Assembly: GCA_030390025.1 (NCBI GenBank)
Contig: CM059431.1
Coordinates: 142,788,001 to 142,852,000, forward strand
Direction of reading: 5' to 3'
DNA length: 64,000 nucleotides
Source of the DNA: Squalus acanthias
Taxonomy: Eukaryota
The notes below the pieces were generated by a model. That model was not told where the DNA came from, made no database searches, and saw nothing but the letters and a program-made list of their open reading frames with translations. The position numbers and the translations under genes are program-made. Shown one piece after another: positions 46,764-59,403 of the stretch. Position 1 is the first letter of the stretch; every line of letters starts with the position of its first letter.

Positions 46764-48648
46764 GTGAAATTAGGAGAGCAAAGAGGGGGCATGAAAAAAC
46801 ACTAGTGGGCAAAATAAAGGAAAATCCCAAGGTGTTTTATAAGTATATTAAGGGCAAGAGGATAACCAGGGAAAGAGTAGGGCCCGTTAGGGACCAAAGT
46901 GGCAATCTGTGTGTAGAGCTGGAAGATGTAGGTGAGTTTTTAAATGAATATTTTGCATCTGTGTTCACTATGGAGAAGGACGATGTACGCATAGAAATCA
47001 GGCAGGGTTTTGTGATCTACTTGAACAAATTAGCATTGAGAGGGAGGAGGTATTAGCGGTTTTAGCGGGCTTAAAAGTGGATAAATCCCCAGGACCAGAC
47101 GAGATGTATCCCAGGCTGCTGTGTGAGGCAAGGGAGGAGATTGCAGGGGCTCTGACACAAATTTTCAGATCCTCTCTGGCCACAGGGGAGGTGCCTGAGG
47201 AGTGGAGGACAGCTAACGTAATACCATTATTCAAGAAGGGTAGTAGGGATAAATCTCGGAATTACAGGCCAGTGAGCCTATCAGTGGGAGGGAAATTATT
47301 GGAAAAAATTCTGAGGGACAGAATTAGTCTCTACTTGGAGAGGCAAGGATTAATCAAGGATAGTCAGCATAGCTTTGTCAGGGGGAGATCATGTCTAACC
47401 AATTTGATTGAATTTTTCGAGGAGGTGATTGGTGTGTGGATGAGGGTAGTGCAGTTGATGTAGTCTACATGGACTTCAGTAAGGCTTTTGACGAAGTCCC
47501 GCATGGGAGACTGGTCAAGAAGGTAAGAGTCCATGGGATCCAGGGCAATTTGGCACATTGGATCCAAAATTGGCTTAGTGGCAGGAGGCAGAGGGTGATG
47601 GTCGAAGGTTGTTTTTGTGACTGGAAGCCTGTGTCCAGTGGTGTACCGCAGCGATCGGTGCTGGGTCCCTTGCTGTTTGTAGTGTACATTTAATGATTCA
47701 GATATGAATGTAGGAGGTATGATCAGTAAGTTCGCAGATGACACGAAAATTGGTGGAGTGGTAAATAGCGAGGAGGGAAGCCTCAGGCTATAGGACGATA
47801 TAGACAGGTTGGTCAGATGGGCAGAACAGTGGCAAATGGAATTTAACCCTGAAAAGTGTGAGGTGATGCATTTTAGGAGGACTAACAAGGCAAGGGAATA
47901 CACAATGAATGGTAGGACCCTAGGAAGGACAGAGGATCAAAGGGGCCTTGATGTGCATGCACAAAGATCCCTGAAGGCAGCAGGACAGGCAGATATGGTG
48001 GTTAAGAAGGCATATGGGATACTTGCCTTCATTAGCCGAGGCATAGAATATAAGAGCAGGGAGGTTATGATGGAGCTGTACAAAACGCTAGTTAGGCCAC
48101 AGCTGGAATACTGTGTGCAGTTCTGGTCGCCACACTATAGGAGGGATGTGATTGCATTGGAGAGGGTGCAGAGGAGATTCACCAGGATGTTACCTGGGCT
48201 GGAGCGTTTCAGCTATGAGGAGAGACTGGACAGGCTGGGGTTGTTTTCCTTGGAGCAGAGAAGGATGAGGTGGGACCTGATTGAGCTGTACAAAATTATG
48301 AGGGGCATAGATAGGGTAGATAGAAATGAACTTTTCCCCTTAGTAGAGGGGTCAATAACCAGGGGGCATAGTTTCAAGGTAAGGGGCAGGAGGTTTAGAG
48401 GGGATTTGAGGAAAAGCTTTTTCACCCAGAGGGTAGTTGGAATCTGGAACTCACTGCCTGAAAGGGTGTTAGAGGCAGGAACCCTCACAACATTCAGGAA
48501 GCATTTAGATGAGCACTTGAAACATCATAGCATACAAGGCTATGGACCAAGTGCTGGAAAATGGGATTAGAATAGACAGGGCTTGATGGCCAGGGCAGAC
48601 ACGATGGCCCGAAGGGCCTCTTTCTGTGCTGTATAACTCTATGACTAT
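46764..48648 (+). mobile_element. 5'-truncated CR1 LINE, same subfamily as 14295-16797
   Basis: Very high similarity to 14935-16797; RT motifs; CTCTATGACTATG tail. Confidence 0.95.
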
Positions 48649-49009
48649 GTTTCCTCCCTTGTACAATGTCCGTGAGACTGTTCAGACTGCAATAAATTCC
48701 TGTTCCCACTCTGCCCCCTGCCTCCCCCTCTCTTTCCTCTGCCTCTACCCTGCCGCACTGACCAAACCTCTGTTCCCACTCTGCCTCCTCCCTCCCCCTC
48801 TCTTTCCTCTGCCTCTACCCTCACCACACTGACCCGCGCCTGTGCCCGCTGGACGTCCAACCCCTCGGCCTGTGAGTGTGACCAGTCTTTCCATTGTAAG
48901 TTTCCTAGACCGTGCACCCTGCTGTTGTGTGGAGATACATGAAAAGCATCAACCAGCTGTGTCAGTGGGAGGGATTCTCCTGGGTGAGCAGCACCTGTGG
49001 GACAGGTAG

Positions 49010-49690
49010 AAAGGTAACATTAGCCATTGTCTTCGGTCCCCGCCACGAGCTGTGTTTCCGAGGCATCGACTCCATCCCTCTCCCTGCCCACTGTCTGAGG
49101 CTGAATCAGAGCATCCGTAATCTTGCTGTTGTATTTGACCGTACGATGAGCTTCTGAACACATATCCATTCCATAGCCAACACCGTCTACTTCCAGCTCC
49201 GTAACAGCGCCAGACTCTGCCCCTGCCTCAGCTCCAGACTTGACTGTTCCAAGGCTCTCCTGGCCGGCCACCCTTTTCCACTCTCCATAAACTTGAACTC
49301 ATCCAAAACTCTGCTCCGCGTGTTCTAACTCACAACAAGTCCCGTTCACCAATTATCCCTGTGCTCGCTGACCTATATTGGCTCCGGGTCTGGTGTTGCA
49401 TTGATTTTATAATTCTCATCCTTGTTTTCAAACCCCTCCATGGCCTTGCCCCTCCCTGTGTCTGTAATTTCTTCCAGTCCTACATCCCTCTGAAATCCCT
49501 GTGCTGCTCCAATTCTGACCTGTGGCACATCTCCGATTTCCTTCTCTCCACCATTGGTGGCCGTGTCTTTAGCTGCGGAGGCCCTAAGCTCTGGAATTCC
49601 CTCTTTAAACATCTCTACCTCTCTCTGCTCCTTTAAGACGCTCCTTAAAACCTACTTCTTTGACCAAATGTTTGGTCACATAAAAGCTAC
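49010..49690 (+). mobile_element. L2-type LINE 3' fragment
   Basis: VLADLYWL and GGRVFSCGGPKLWNSL motifs. Confidence 0.75.
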
Positions 49691-49699
49691 TTATGGCTG

Positions 49700-50150
49700 G
49701 GTCAGTGGGGTGCACGGCTGGGCCAGTGGGGGTCGCGTGCCTGGGCCAGTGGGGTGCGGGGCTGGGCCAGTGGGGGGTCGCGGGGCCGCGTCGGTGGGGG
49801 TCGCGGGGCCGCGTCAGTGGGGGTCGCGGGGCCGCGTCGGTGGGGGTCGCGGGGCCGCGTCGGTGGGGGTCGCGGGGCCGCGTCGGTGGGGGTCGCGTGG
49901 CCGCGTCGGTGGGGGTCGCGGGGCCGCGTCGGTGGGGGTCGCGGGGCCACGTCGGTGGGGGTCGCTGGGCCTGGGTCGGTGGGGGTCGCCGGGCCTGGGT
50001 CGGTGGGGGTCGCCGGGGGCCGGGCCTGGGTCGCCAGGGGCCGGGCCTGGGTCAGTAGGGTGCGGGCCTGGGACAGTGGGGTGCGGGGGGCTGTGTCAGT
50101 GTTGGTGTCGGAGCTGGGACAGTGGGGTGCGGGGCTGGGCCAGTTTGGTG
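49700..50150. repeat. GC-rich ~23-bp tandem repeat (GTCGGTGGGGGTCGCGGGGCCGC) with G-quadruplex potential
   Basis: Tandem unit read directly; multiple G4-G5 runs. Confidence 0.9.
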
Positions 50151-50194
50151 AATGGCAGTGCCAGTGGTGTATGTAGCTGCGACTGCGGGGTGAG

Positions 50195-50530
50195 AAATAG
50201 CTTCAAAGCCCTGCTCACTCATCATCCCTGTGCTTGTGAACCTACATTGGCTCCCGGTTCCCCGATGGTCTCCAATTGAAAAGTCCCATCGTTGTTTAAA
50301 TCCCTTCCTGTCTCTAAGCTCCTCCAGCCCTACAATCCCCCACCACCAAGATCTCTCTCTTCCTCCGACTCTGGCCTCTTGTGGCATTTCACCCTCTCCT
50401 CCCCCCATCTATGGCGGCTGTGCCTTCGGCTGTCCCGGCTCAATGCTCATCAATTCCCCACCTAAACCTCTCCAGCTCCCTCCTCCTTTAGAACCCTCCG
50501 AAACTCACTGCTGTGACCAACATTCTGACC
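50195..50530 (+). mobile_element. L2-type LINE 3' fragment
   Basis: PVLVNLHWLPV motif. Confidence 0.65.
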
Positions 50531-52580
50531 ATAGAAACATAGAAGATAGGAGCAGGAGTAGGCCATTTGGCCCCTCTAGCCTGCTCCGCCATTCAATGTG
50601 ATCATGGCTGTTCATCCAAACTCAGTACCCTGTACCTGCTTTCTCCCCATATCCCTTGATCCCTTGATCCCTTTAGCCTTAAGAAATATATCATAGAATC
50701 ACAGAATCCCCACAGTGCTGGTAGAGGCCATTTCGGCCCATCGAGCCCATATCCCACCCTATCCCCGTAACCCCACGTATTTATTCCCCCCCTAACACTA
50801 AGGGTCAATTTATCATAGCCAAATGAACCTAACCTGCACATCTTTGGACTGTGGGAGGAAACCGTAGCACCCAGAGGAAACCCACGCAGACACGGGGAGA
50901 ACGTGCAAACTCCACACAGTCACCCGAGGCCGGATTCGAACCCGAGTCCCTGGCGCTGTGAGGCAACAGTGCTAACCACTATGCCACCGTGTTGCCCCTC
51001 CTTGAATATATTTAATGAATTGTCCTCTACTGCCTTCTGTGGTAGAGAATTCCACAGGTTCACCACTCTCTGGGTGAAGAAATTCCTCCTCATTTCTGTC
51101 CTGAATGGCTTACCCCTTATCCTTAGACTGTGACCCCTGGTTCTGGACTCCCCCGCCATCGTGAACATCCTTCCTGCATCTAGTCTGTCCAGTCCTTTCA
51201 GAATTTTACAAGTTTCAATGAGATCACCTCTCATTCTTCTAAACTCCAGCGAGTATAAGCCCAATTGACCCAATCTCTCCTCATACGTCATTCCTGCCAT
51301 CCCAGGTATCAGCCTGGTGAATCTTCGCTGAAATCCTTCCATGGCAAGAACCTCCTAAGGCGATAAGGTGACCAAAACTGCACACAATACTCAAGATGTG
51401 GTCTCACCAAGGCCCTGTACAACTGCAGCAAGACATCCTTGTTCCTGTACTCAAACCCTCTCGCTACGAAGGCCAACATACCACTTGCCTTCTTTACTGC
51501 GTGCTGCACCTGCATGCTTACCTTCAGTGACTGGTGCACAAGGACACCCAGGTCTCGTTGCACTTCCCCATTCTCCCAGTCTATTGCCATTCAGATAATA
51601 ATCTGCCTTCCTGTTTTTGACACCAAAGTGGATAACCTCGCATTTATCCACGTTATATTGCATCTGCCATGCTTCTGCCCAATCACCCAACCTGTCCAAA
51701 TCATCCTGGAGTTTCTTGGCATCCTCCTCACAGCACACACTCCCACCCAGCTTTGTGTCGTCTGCAAACTTGGAGATATTACATCTAGTTCCCTTGTCTA
51801 GTTCATGAATATATATTGTGAATAGCTGGGGTCCAAGGACCGATCCCTGCGGTACCCCACTAGTCACTGCCTGCCACTCGGAAAATGACCCGTTTATTCC
51901 AACTCTTTGCTTCCTGTCTGCTAACCAGTTCTCTATCCAAGTCAATACCTTGCCCCCAATCCCATGTGCCTTAACTTTACACGCTAATCTCTTATGCGGG
52001 ACCTTATCGAAAGCCTTTTGAAAGTCCAAATACACCACATCCACTGGTTCTCCCTTATCTATTCTACCAGTTACATCCTCAAAAAATTCCAGTAGATTAG
52101 TCAAGCACGATTTACCTTTTGTAAATCCATGTTGACTTTGTCCGATCCTGTCACTGTTTTCCAAGTGCTCTGCTATTCCATCTTTTATAATGGACTCTAG
52201 CATTTTCCCCACTACCGATGTCGGGCTTACCGGTCTGTAATTCCCCGTTTTCTCTCTGCCACCTTTTTTGAATAGTGGGGTAACATTAGCTACCCTCCAA
52301 TCCATGGGAACTGTTCCAGAGTCTATAGAATGTTGGAAGATGATCAGCAATGCATCTACTATTTCTAGGGCCACTTCCTTAAGTACCCTAGGCTGTAGAT
52401 TATCAGGCCCTGGGGATTTATCGGCCTTCAATCCCGCCAATTTCCCTAACACCATTTCCCTACAAATACTGATTTCTTTCAGTTCCTCCCTCTCATTAGA
52501 TCGTATGTTCCCTGACATCTCTGGGAGGTTATTTGTGTCCTCCTTTGTGAAGACAGAACCAAAATATGTATTTAATTGGT
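50530..52580 (-). mobile_element. 5'-truncated CR1 LINE interrupted by a SINE
   Basis: ORF 51451-52518 is a 355-aa RT (DFQKAFDKVPH, VPQGSVLGP, FADD). Confidence 0.95.
50692..50997 (-). mobile_element. tRNA-derived V-SINE (HE1-like) nested in the CR1
   Basis: Minus strand shows box A TGGCATAGTGG, box B GGTTCGAATCC, V-domain TGTGTGGAGTTTGCACGTTCTCCCCGTGTCTGCGTGGGTTTCC and a CR1-like tail. Confidence 0.88.
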
Positions 52581-52669
52581 CTCCTTCTACCCCCTTTAGT
52601 CTGAGCCCATCTTTTGTCGTACTTGGCTTCTGTGAAGCACCTTGCGATGTGTTTCAATGGACAAGTTGG

Positions 52670-53142
52670 TGTTACTGTGTGTTTATTGTACCAGTGTCAG
52701 CGTGAGTGACACAGCAGATAACTGAATCTTACAAGATCTCAAACTGGGTTATAAGTTAATGCCGGAGAATAACTTCAACTATAGTTTGTAGAAATTTCTG
52801 ATCTGAGACTGAATCACTTTTACATTTCCCCAGTGGGGAAAGGAAAGGACGCTGACTGAGAGTTTGATTGGATGCACGTGTGTGGACACACACACACAGC
52901 GAGACACGCGCACGAGTGGAGAATATTCACTGTAAAACAGCAGGCAAACCTACCACTTGTATATTCATGGCCATTCCTGAGATTGATAAAACCTGTGAAT
53001 ATGTTCCACAAATCAATGCTGAGCATCACCTCACTGTTTAAATTTACATGATTCATAACATTATACATTAGTGTTAATATTAGTGGAATAGCGGTAAATA
53101 TCCTCACCTCCTACAGTGCTCAATAGTCAGGTGCTGACACCA
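52670..53142 (+). promoter_or_regulatory. Conserved upstream block of the NLR paralogs; candidate promoter/enhancer
   Basis: Inverted copy of 11745-12210; palindrome TTTCCCC-AGT-GGGGAAA and IRF-like TCACTTTTACATTTCC; function is inferred. Confidence 0.4.
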
Positions 53143-53783
53143 GGAGAGATATGGTCAATATATTCAAATAGAAGCACCAACCAGGGCACATCTCCATGTA
53201 CACACGGACAATGTCACAGCCCATAGAGACCAGCGGAATCACACCTAGCTGTATGTTGTATATGGATAGAAATCATATTCGGAAAGTACTGGATTTTTAT
53301 ATCAAAACTCGAATCAAAATTAATAAATACAAATATGCGAATAAAAAATACAATAGCGCCACATTGTGTAAAACCGAGTGTTGGATCATTGAATTCATCA
53401 ATGATCACTCGCTCCATATTTTCCTGCAGAATATTCTCTACCTCAGGAATAAGGCTGGCTTTGGCCTGCACTGTGTGAGTAAATCTCACCAATGTGCGAG
53501 TCTCGGCCGACGGGAGCCCGTCTGGAACTCGGTTGTGGGGGTCAGCGGGACTCACTGGATTTCACTGGGCAGCTGTCTGTCACACCTGATGTGGAGAGTT
53601 GATCGTAACACTCGGGAAATGCTCGATCCCAGAGCTAACAGCTGGTGTACTGATGGGGGGGGAGAAGGGGCTTGAAATCATCTTTAACAAGGCAGCGCTC
53701 TCCTTATTTTAATATTTCTATCTAACCCTCCTATTAATATAGTTATTACAGAGCATCATAATCTGGGAACGCCTGTCACCGCC

Positions 53784-53847
53784 ATGGCTGAAGGTCCAAT
53801 CAGGGGAGAAGATCCAACATCTTCAACAAGAATGAGAATGGACACAG
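53784..53847 (+). CDS. Plus-strand NLR, first coding exon (MAEGPIRGEDPTSSTRMRMDT)
   Basis: Strong Kozak CACCGCCATGG; CAG|GTAAGA donor in phase 1 matching the next exon; acceptor TTACAG ending at 53751. Confidence 0.75.
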
Positions 53848-54289
53848 GTAAGAAGAACACAATATTATTTACAATATAATTTCTGTTCTGACAAAGGGTC
53901 CAGATCTCGTGCAAGAACCTCCAGCTCACACAGGTCGAGGGAACAGGACAGGGGCTGATTAGAAAGAGGGAAGTGAGTGACCATCTAGAGAGGCATCACA
54001 GTCACAGGGGGAGGGAGCCCCTGAGTACTGGAACTGTCCAATAGATGGGGACTGTAAGGTGGATGGAGACAGTGACTCAGAGGATTGTCTTCCTGAGCAA
54101 TAGTTTGAAGCCAGGGAGCAGTAGGTCACCCCGAGTGAGAGGAGAATGATAGAAATATCTGATTCCAGAGGGAAGAACATCTTTCAACGGCTGTGATCTT
54201 TTCTGTGAAGGCAAGAAGAGCAGAAAATTGTCCCGGTCAAAACCAAAAACACAACTAGAAATACATTTAAAAAATAATTTTCGGGACTT

Positions 54290-55000
54290 GAGTGTCGCTG
54301 GCAAGGCCCCCATTTATTGCCCACACCAAGTTGTCATTGAATAGATGATGGTGGGCCACGTTCTTGAATCGCTGCAGTCCATGTGGTGAAGGTGCTCCCT
54401 CAATGCTGTTAGGTAGGGAGTTCCAAGGTTTTGATCCAGCGACAATGAAGGAGAGGTGATGTATGTCCAAGTTTGGATTGCATGTGACATTAGGAGAACT
54501 TGGAAGCGAAGGTGTTCCCAGGCACCTGGTGCCCTTGTCCTTCTAGGTGGTGGATGTCGTAGGTATGGGAGGTGCTGTCGAAGATGCCTTGCTGACTTAC
54601 TGGAGAGCATCCAGTGGACAGTAATCTGCAACCACGGTAAGCCAATGGTGGAGGGAGTGAATGTTTAACCCAATGGATGGGGTGCTGATCAAGCATAATG
54701 CTTTGTCCTGGATGGTGTTGAGCATCTTCAGTGTTGTTGCAACTTCACTTGTCCAGACAGATGGAAAGTGTTCCATCACTCTCCTGACGTGTGTTGTAGG
54801 TGGGGGAGAGAATTTGGGGAGTCACGAGGTGAGCCACTCGCCACAGAATACCCAGCCTCTGACCTGCTCCCGTAGACACGGGGGATGTATGTGGCTGGTC
54901 CAGTTCTATTCTGTTTTATGTGGGGGAATTGTTGATAATGTCATTGACTGTCATGGCATATGGCTATGGTATATCTCGCTGGAGATGGTCATTGCCTGAC
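54290..55000 (-). mobile_element. Non-LTR retrotransposon 3' fragment (same family as 3880-4255)
   Basis: SFIVAGSKPWNSLPNS and IHSLHH motifs. Confidence 0.75.
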
Positions 55001-55002
55001 CC

Positions 55003-55473
55003 TGGGAATGGTAGCGTAGTGGTAATGTCACTGGGCTAGTAATCCAGAGGCCTGGACTAATGATTCAGAGATGTGAGTTCAAATCCCACCACAGCAGCTG
55101 GGGACTTAAGTAAATCTGGAATAAAAAGCTAGAATCAGTAATGGTAACCATGAAACTATCGGATTGTCGTTAAAAACCCATCTGGTTCACTAATGTCCTT
55201 TTTTAGGGAAGGAAATCTGCCGTCCTTACCTGGCCGATATGTGACTCCAGACCCAGAGCAATGTGGTTGACTCTTAACTGCCCTCTGAAATGGCCTAGCA
55301 AGTCACTCAGTTGCAACTAACCATTACGAAACAAAATACCTTCACCACACGGACTGCACCGGTTCAAGAAGGCGGCTCACCACCACCTTATCAAGGGCAA
55401 CTAGGGATGGGCAATAAATGCTGGCCTTGCCAGCGACGCCCAGATCCCATAAAACGAATAAAAAAAAAAAAAA
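55003..55473 (+). mobile_element. tRNA-derived SINE with LINE-derived tail and poly(A)
   Basis: TAGCGTAGTGG box A-like, GAGTTCAAATCCC box B-like; tail shared with the 3880-4255 family; AATAAA plus A-run. Confidence 0.75.
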
Positions 55474-55699
55474 CTTGTTTGGTTCGAATATTATTTGCCA
55501 CATATCAGGCCAAAACTGGATGTTATCCACGTATTGCTGCAAGCGGGCATGGACTGCTTCATTATTGGAGGAATTGCGAATGGGGCCGAACACACTGCGA
55601 CCATCAGCGAGCAGCCCCAATTCTAACCTTATGATGGAGCGAAGGGCACTGATGAAGCAGCTGGAAGTAGTTGAGTCTAGGACGCTGGCCTGGTTTGAG

Positions 55700-56440
55700 G
55701 TCCATATTGAGGGAATTTAAAGTCAGGCAATGAAATGTCGGGTGGAGGTGGTTAAAATGGAATTGGATTCAAGGCCAGCGGATAATATAAAAAGTCAGGG
55801 TTTATGAAAAGTAAAGCAATAATTCAAGGTTCTATCACTGGGGATAAAGGGGAATCTAGTTTTGGAGGATGATGTTTTGAGGAGGTATCAAACATTTCCA
55901 GTAGTTTCTAAAAATGATGGTGGTAGTGCGAGAAGGTGGACTAGAGGAGGATGTGGGATCATAGTTGGAGTTAAATGTAGGGAAGGATTTGGAGCTGAAA
56001 AAGTAGTCAAGATGGATAAGTGACTGGGCCCAGAGATAACACACTACAGGCTGTTAAATCAAATCACAGAGGAGGGAGGACAGACTCTTCACAATTGTTC
56101 AATCTGTTTTAGATACAAACAATACACTGGAGGACTGAAGGAGCACAAGTAACGTCTCTGATCAACAATGGAGGAGAGAGGATAAACCGGGTAACTAGAA
56201 CAGTCTACGGCAGTTATGGGCAGAATGCTCGAGTCCGGAATTTAATGTTGAATTCGTGAATGTTGAGATACAGGGGATGACCAGGGGAGGTTGGATCCGA
56301 CAAACTAGGCAAGATGTGTCTGACAAATTTGCACGTTTTTATAAAGAATGGACTATATAGATCGATGGGATTCAGCATCTGCGGTGTATATGGGTTTTGA
56401 GAAGGTGTTTGAAAATGTGGCTCACAGGAGGTTTCAACCA
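55700..56440 (+). mobile_element. Highly decayed CR1 fragment
   Basis: Remnants of DKPGN and VYMGFEKVFENVAHRR. Confidence 0.5.
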
Positions 56441-56478
56441 TTTGGTATAAGAGGAGTTTTCTCCATTTGTGTTCACAG

Positions 56479-56645
56479 ATCCGAACTCTACAATCACCGA
56501 GTTCTTGACAGAGTGCAACGATTACCAGCTGTTCCTGTTGACGAAATTCTACCGGGACAGACTGGAACAGGCGATTGAAGGAGGGGTGGATGGAGTCAGC
56601 TCGTTGTTAACATACGAGTGGCATTTCAGTGGACACGAACATCGG
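56479..56645 (+). CDS. Plus-strand NLR exon, first half of the CARD-like domain
   Basis: 167 bp, CACAG acceptor and GTAAGT donor; DPNSTITEFLTECNDYQLFLLTKFYRDRLEQAIEGGVDG... Confidence 0.9.
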
Positions 56646-58204
56646 GTAAGTGGGAGGGACACAGAATGAGTTTGGATTATTTAAACATCACAGATCTGAC
56701 AGGAAATCAAATCTTAGAACCGTAGAATGTTACCGAAGAGAAACAGGCAAAATAGGAAAGAAAGGATTATAACTGTTAATGGTGTAAATCTGAAAAAACA
56801 ACACAAATGTGAAAATACCCAGCAGAGCCGTCAATCTCTGTACAAAGAAAGGACAGGGTACCGGGTCCGATATAACCTTCCTGGGCTGAACTCAAAAGTG
56901 AACCAAGAATTTTAGTAGCACTGGGAAAACAGAGGCGGGAAACAACTGACGGGATTTGGAAGGAAGTTCATGAGTTGATTGACCTACAAACTACATAAAG
57001 TAAATCAAGGAACTGTGAGTTAAAAAAAATCATCTGCGTGGGAAAGGAAATATATTTGTTTTAGAAAATGCTAAACCAGTGAACAAGTATTTGACCCAAA
57101 CAGCGCAAATAATCCAAAACAAACCTGTGGGGAGTGTTGCATCAACCGAATAGAATGATCCCAATTATATTGATTCAGATACCAGAGCTAAATCAACTTG
57201 TTGGTTCCATGAAGATCCTCAGGATGTTCACGCGAATTTTACAGCTGCAGTTAGTAGAATCACAGGAACTTACAACACAGAAGGAGGCCATTCGACGCGT
57301 CGTGTCTCTGCTGAATCTTTGAAATAACAGTCCTGCTCAGTCCCAAATTCCAACTTTTTGTCCATAGCCCTGTAAGTTCCTTATCCTCAAGTACCTGTTC
57401 AACTTCCTTTTTAAAATTATTTGTGGAATCAGCTTTCACAATCTTTTCAGGTAGAGCGTTCCTAATCCTGACAACTCTGAGTGAAAACAATTCTCCTCAT
57501 CCTCCCTCTAGATCTTTTTCAGTGATTTTAAATCTATGGCCTCTGGTTATTGAACTTCTCGCCAGAGGGAATAGTTTTTTCTCAAGCTAATCTATCAAAC
57601 ATCTCATCATCTTTAAAACTCCTATTAGGTCTCCTTCTTTGTTCCAAGGGGAACGTTCCTAACTTTTCCAATCAAGTAGTAGGAAAACTTGGTGTCTGAA
57701 TACTAACCAATCCGGACAAGTTCTCAGCACGGGATACCAAAGAATTACTGAAAGTCTCCCTATTTATAGACCCTAGATCAGGGGTGGCAAATAGACAGTT
57801 CCATCCCGTCCATGTAACTGAAGTCACTCATCCCTGGAGCTGGCTGTAATTTATTAACCCATGTCTTTCCAAGTGACAGTTTTGTCCTGTATGATTGTCT
57901 AACAGTTGCTCCACCACTGACATTAGGCCGACTGGCCTGTAGTTGCTGGGTTTATACATCCTTTTTTGAACAGCGGTGTAACATTGGCAACTCTCCAGTC
58001 CTCTGGCACCACTCACATGTCCAAGGAGGATTGGAAGATTGTGACTAGAACAACGACAATTTCCACCCTTACTCCCCTCAGCAACTGAGGATGCATTTCA
58101 TCCGGACAGGGTGAAGTTTATACTTTGAGTGCTGCCAATATTTTATGTTTCTCCCCTGTAACTATTTGCATCTTGTCCAATTTCTCTATCTCTTCCTTTA
58201 CTGT

Positions 58205-59403
58205 CCATGATGCGGAGATGCCGGTGTTGGACTGGGGTGGACAAAAGTGAGAAGTCGCACAACACCAGGTTATAGTCCAACAGTTTTATTTGAAATCACA
58301 AGCTTTCGGAGCTGCTGCCCCTTCGCCAGGTGAAGTGAAGGAATACAAATCGACAAAGCATATATAGATAGAGAACAATGCATGTGAAGCGTACAATGGC
58401 AGACGACTACATTTAATCCTCCTGAATGCCTTTTGTCACACCTCGGCAGATAAACAATCAGGTCAGCCAGGAAGGCACCACATCAAAGACATAGCAAGAT
58501 ACAACTGAGACAATGAGGTGGGGTTACAGGGGGTCTAATGTGTCAAAAGCTGCAGTCTGTATGGAAAACGATAAACTTTAAAATTTTTACTTTTTTTCAC
58601 TGGAAATCACATCTGTGAACAAGCCAACGACGACTTGAGTCTGGATGACTCTACGTCATGTATCGTGACATGAACCCAAGATCCCGGTTGAGGCCGTCCT
58701 CATGAGTGCGGAACTTGGCTATCAGTTTCTGCTCGATGATTTTGCGTTGTCGTGTGTCTCTAAGGCCGCCTTGGAGAACGCTTACCCGCAGATCCGAGGC
58801 TGAATGTCCTTGACTGCTGAAGTGTTCCCCGACTGGGAGGGAACACTCCTGCCTAGCGATTGTTGCGCGGTGTCCGTTCATACGTTGTCTCAGTGTCTGC
58901 ATGGTCTCGCCGATGTACCATGCTTTGGGGCATCCTTTCCTGCAACCTATCAGGTAGACAACGTTGGCCGAGTCACATGAGTATGTACCATGTACCTGGT
59001 GGGTAGTGTCCTCACGTGTGATGATGGTATCTGTGTTGATGATCTGGCATGTCTTGCAGAGGTTGCCGTGGCAGGGTTGTGTGGTGTCGTGGTCGCTGTT
59101 ATCCTGAAAGCTGGGTAATTTGCTGCGAACGATGGTACTTCTGAGGTTAGGCGGCTGTTTGAAGGCAAGTAGTGGAGGCGTGGGGATGGCCTTAGCAAGG
59201 TGTTCGTCGTCATCGATGACATGTTGAAGGCTGCGAAGAACATGGCGTAGTTTCTCCGCTCCGGGAAAGTACTGGACGACGTAGGGTACCCTGTTGGTTG
59301 TGTCCCGTGTTTGCCTTCTGAGGAGGTCTATGCGATTTTTCGCTGTGGCCCGTCGGAACTGTCGATCGATGAGTCGAGCGTCATATCCCGTTCTTACGTG
59401 ACA
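58205..59403 (-). mobile_element. 5'-truncated Penelope-like element (GIY-YIG endonuclease region plus pseudo-LTR)
   Basis: NVVYLI..C...WYIGETMQTLRQRMNGHR...EQKLIAKFRTHEDGLNRD; 11-bp TSD TCCTTTACTGT at 58194-58204 and 59404-59414. Confidence 0.92.
58296..58333 (-). ncRNA. Minimal type I hammerhead ribozyme motif of the Penelope pseudo-LTR, with a core substitution
   Basis: UCAC-CUGGCGA-A-GGGGC-AGCA-GCUCC-GAAA-G-CUU-GUGA: stems I and II pair; core CUGANGA reads CUGGCGA. Confidence 0.7.

Noticed and set aside
49554..50279. Gly/Arg-rich ORFs
   Set aside because: Product of a GC-rich 23-bp repeat
50920..50997. tRNA gene (also 8308-8375 and 55003-55095)
   Set aside because: Box A/B-like motifs continue into SINE bodies and LINE-derived tails
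53196..53675. 159-aa ORF upstream of the NLR ATG exon
   Set aside because: No recognisable domain or coding-like composition
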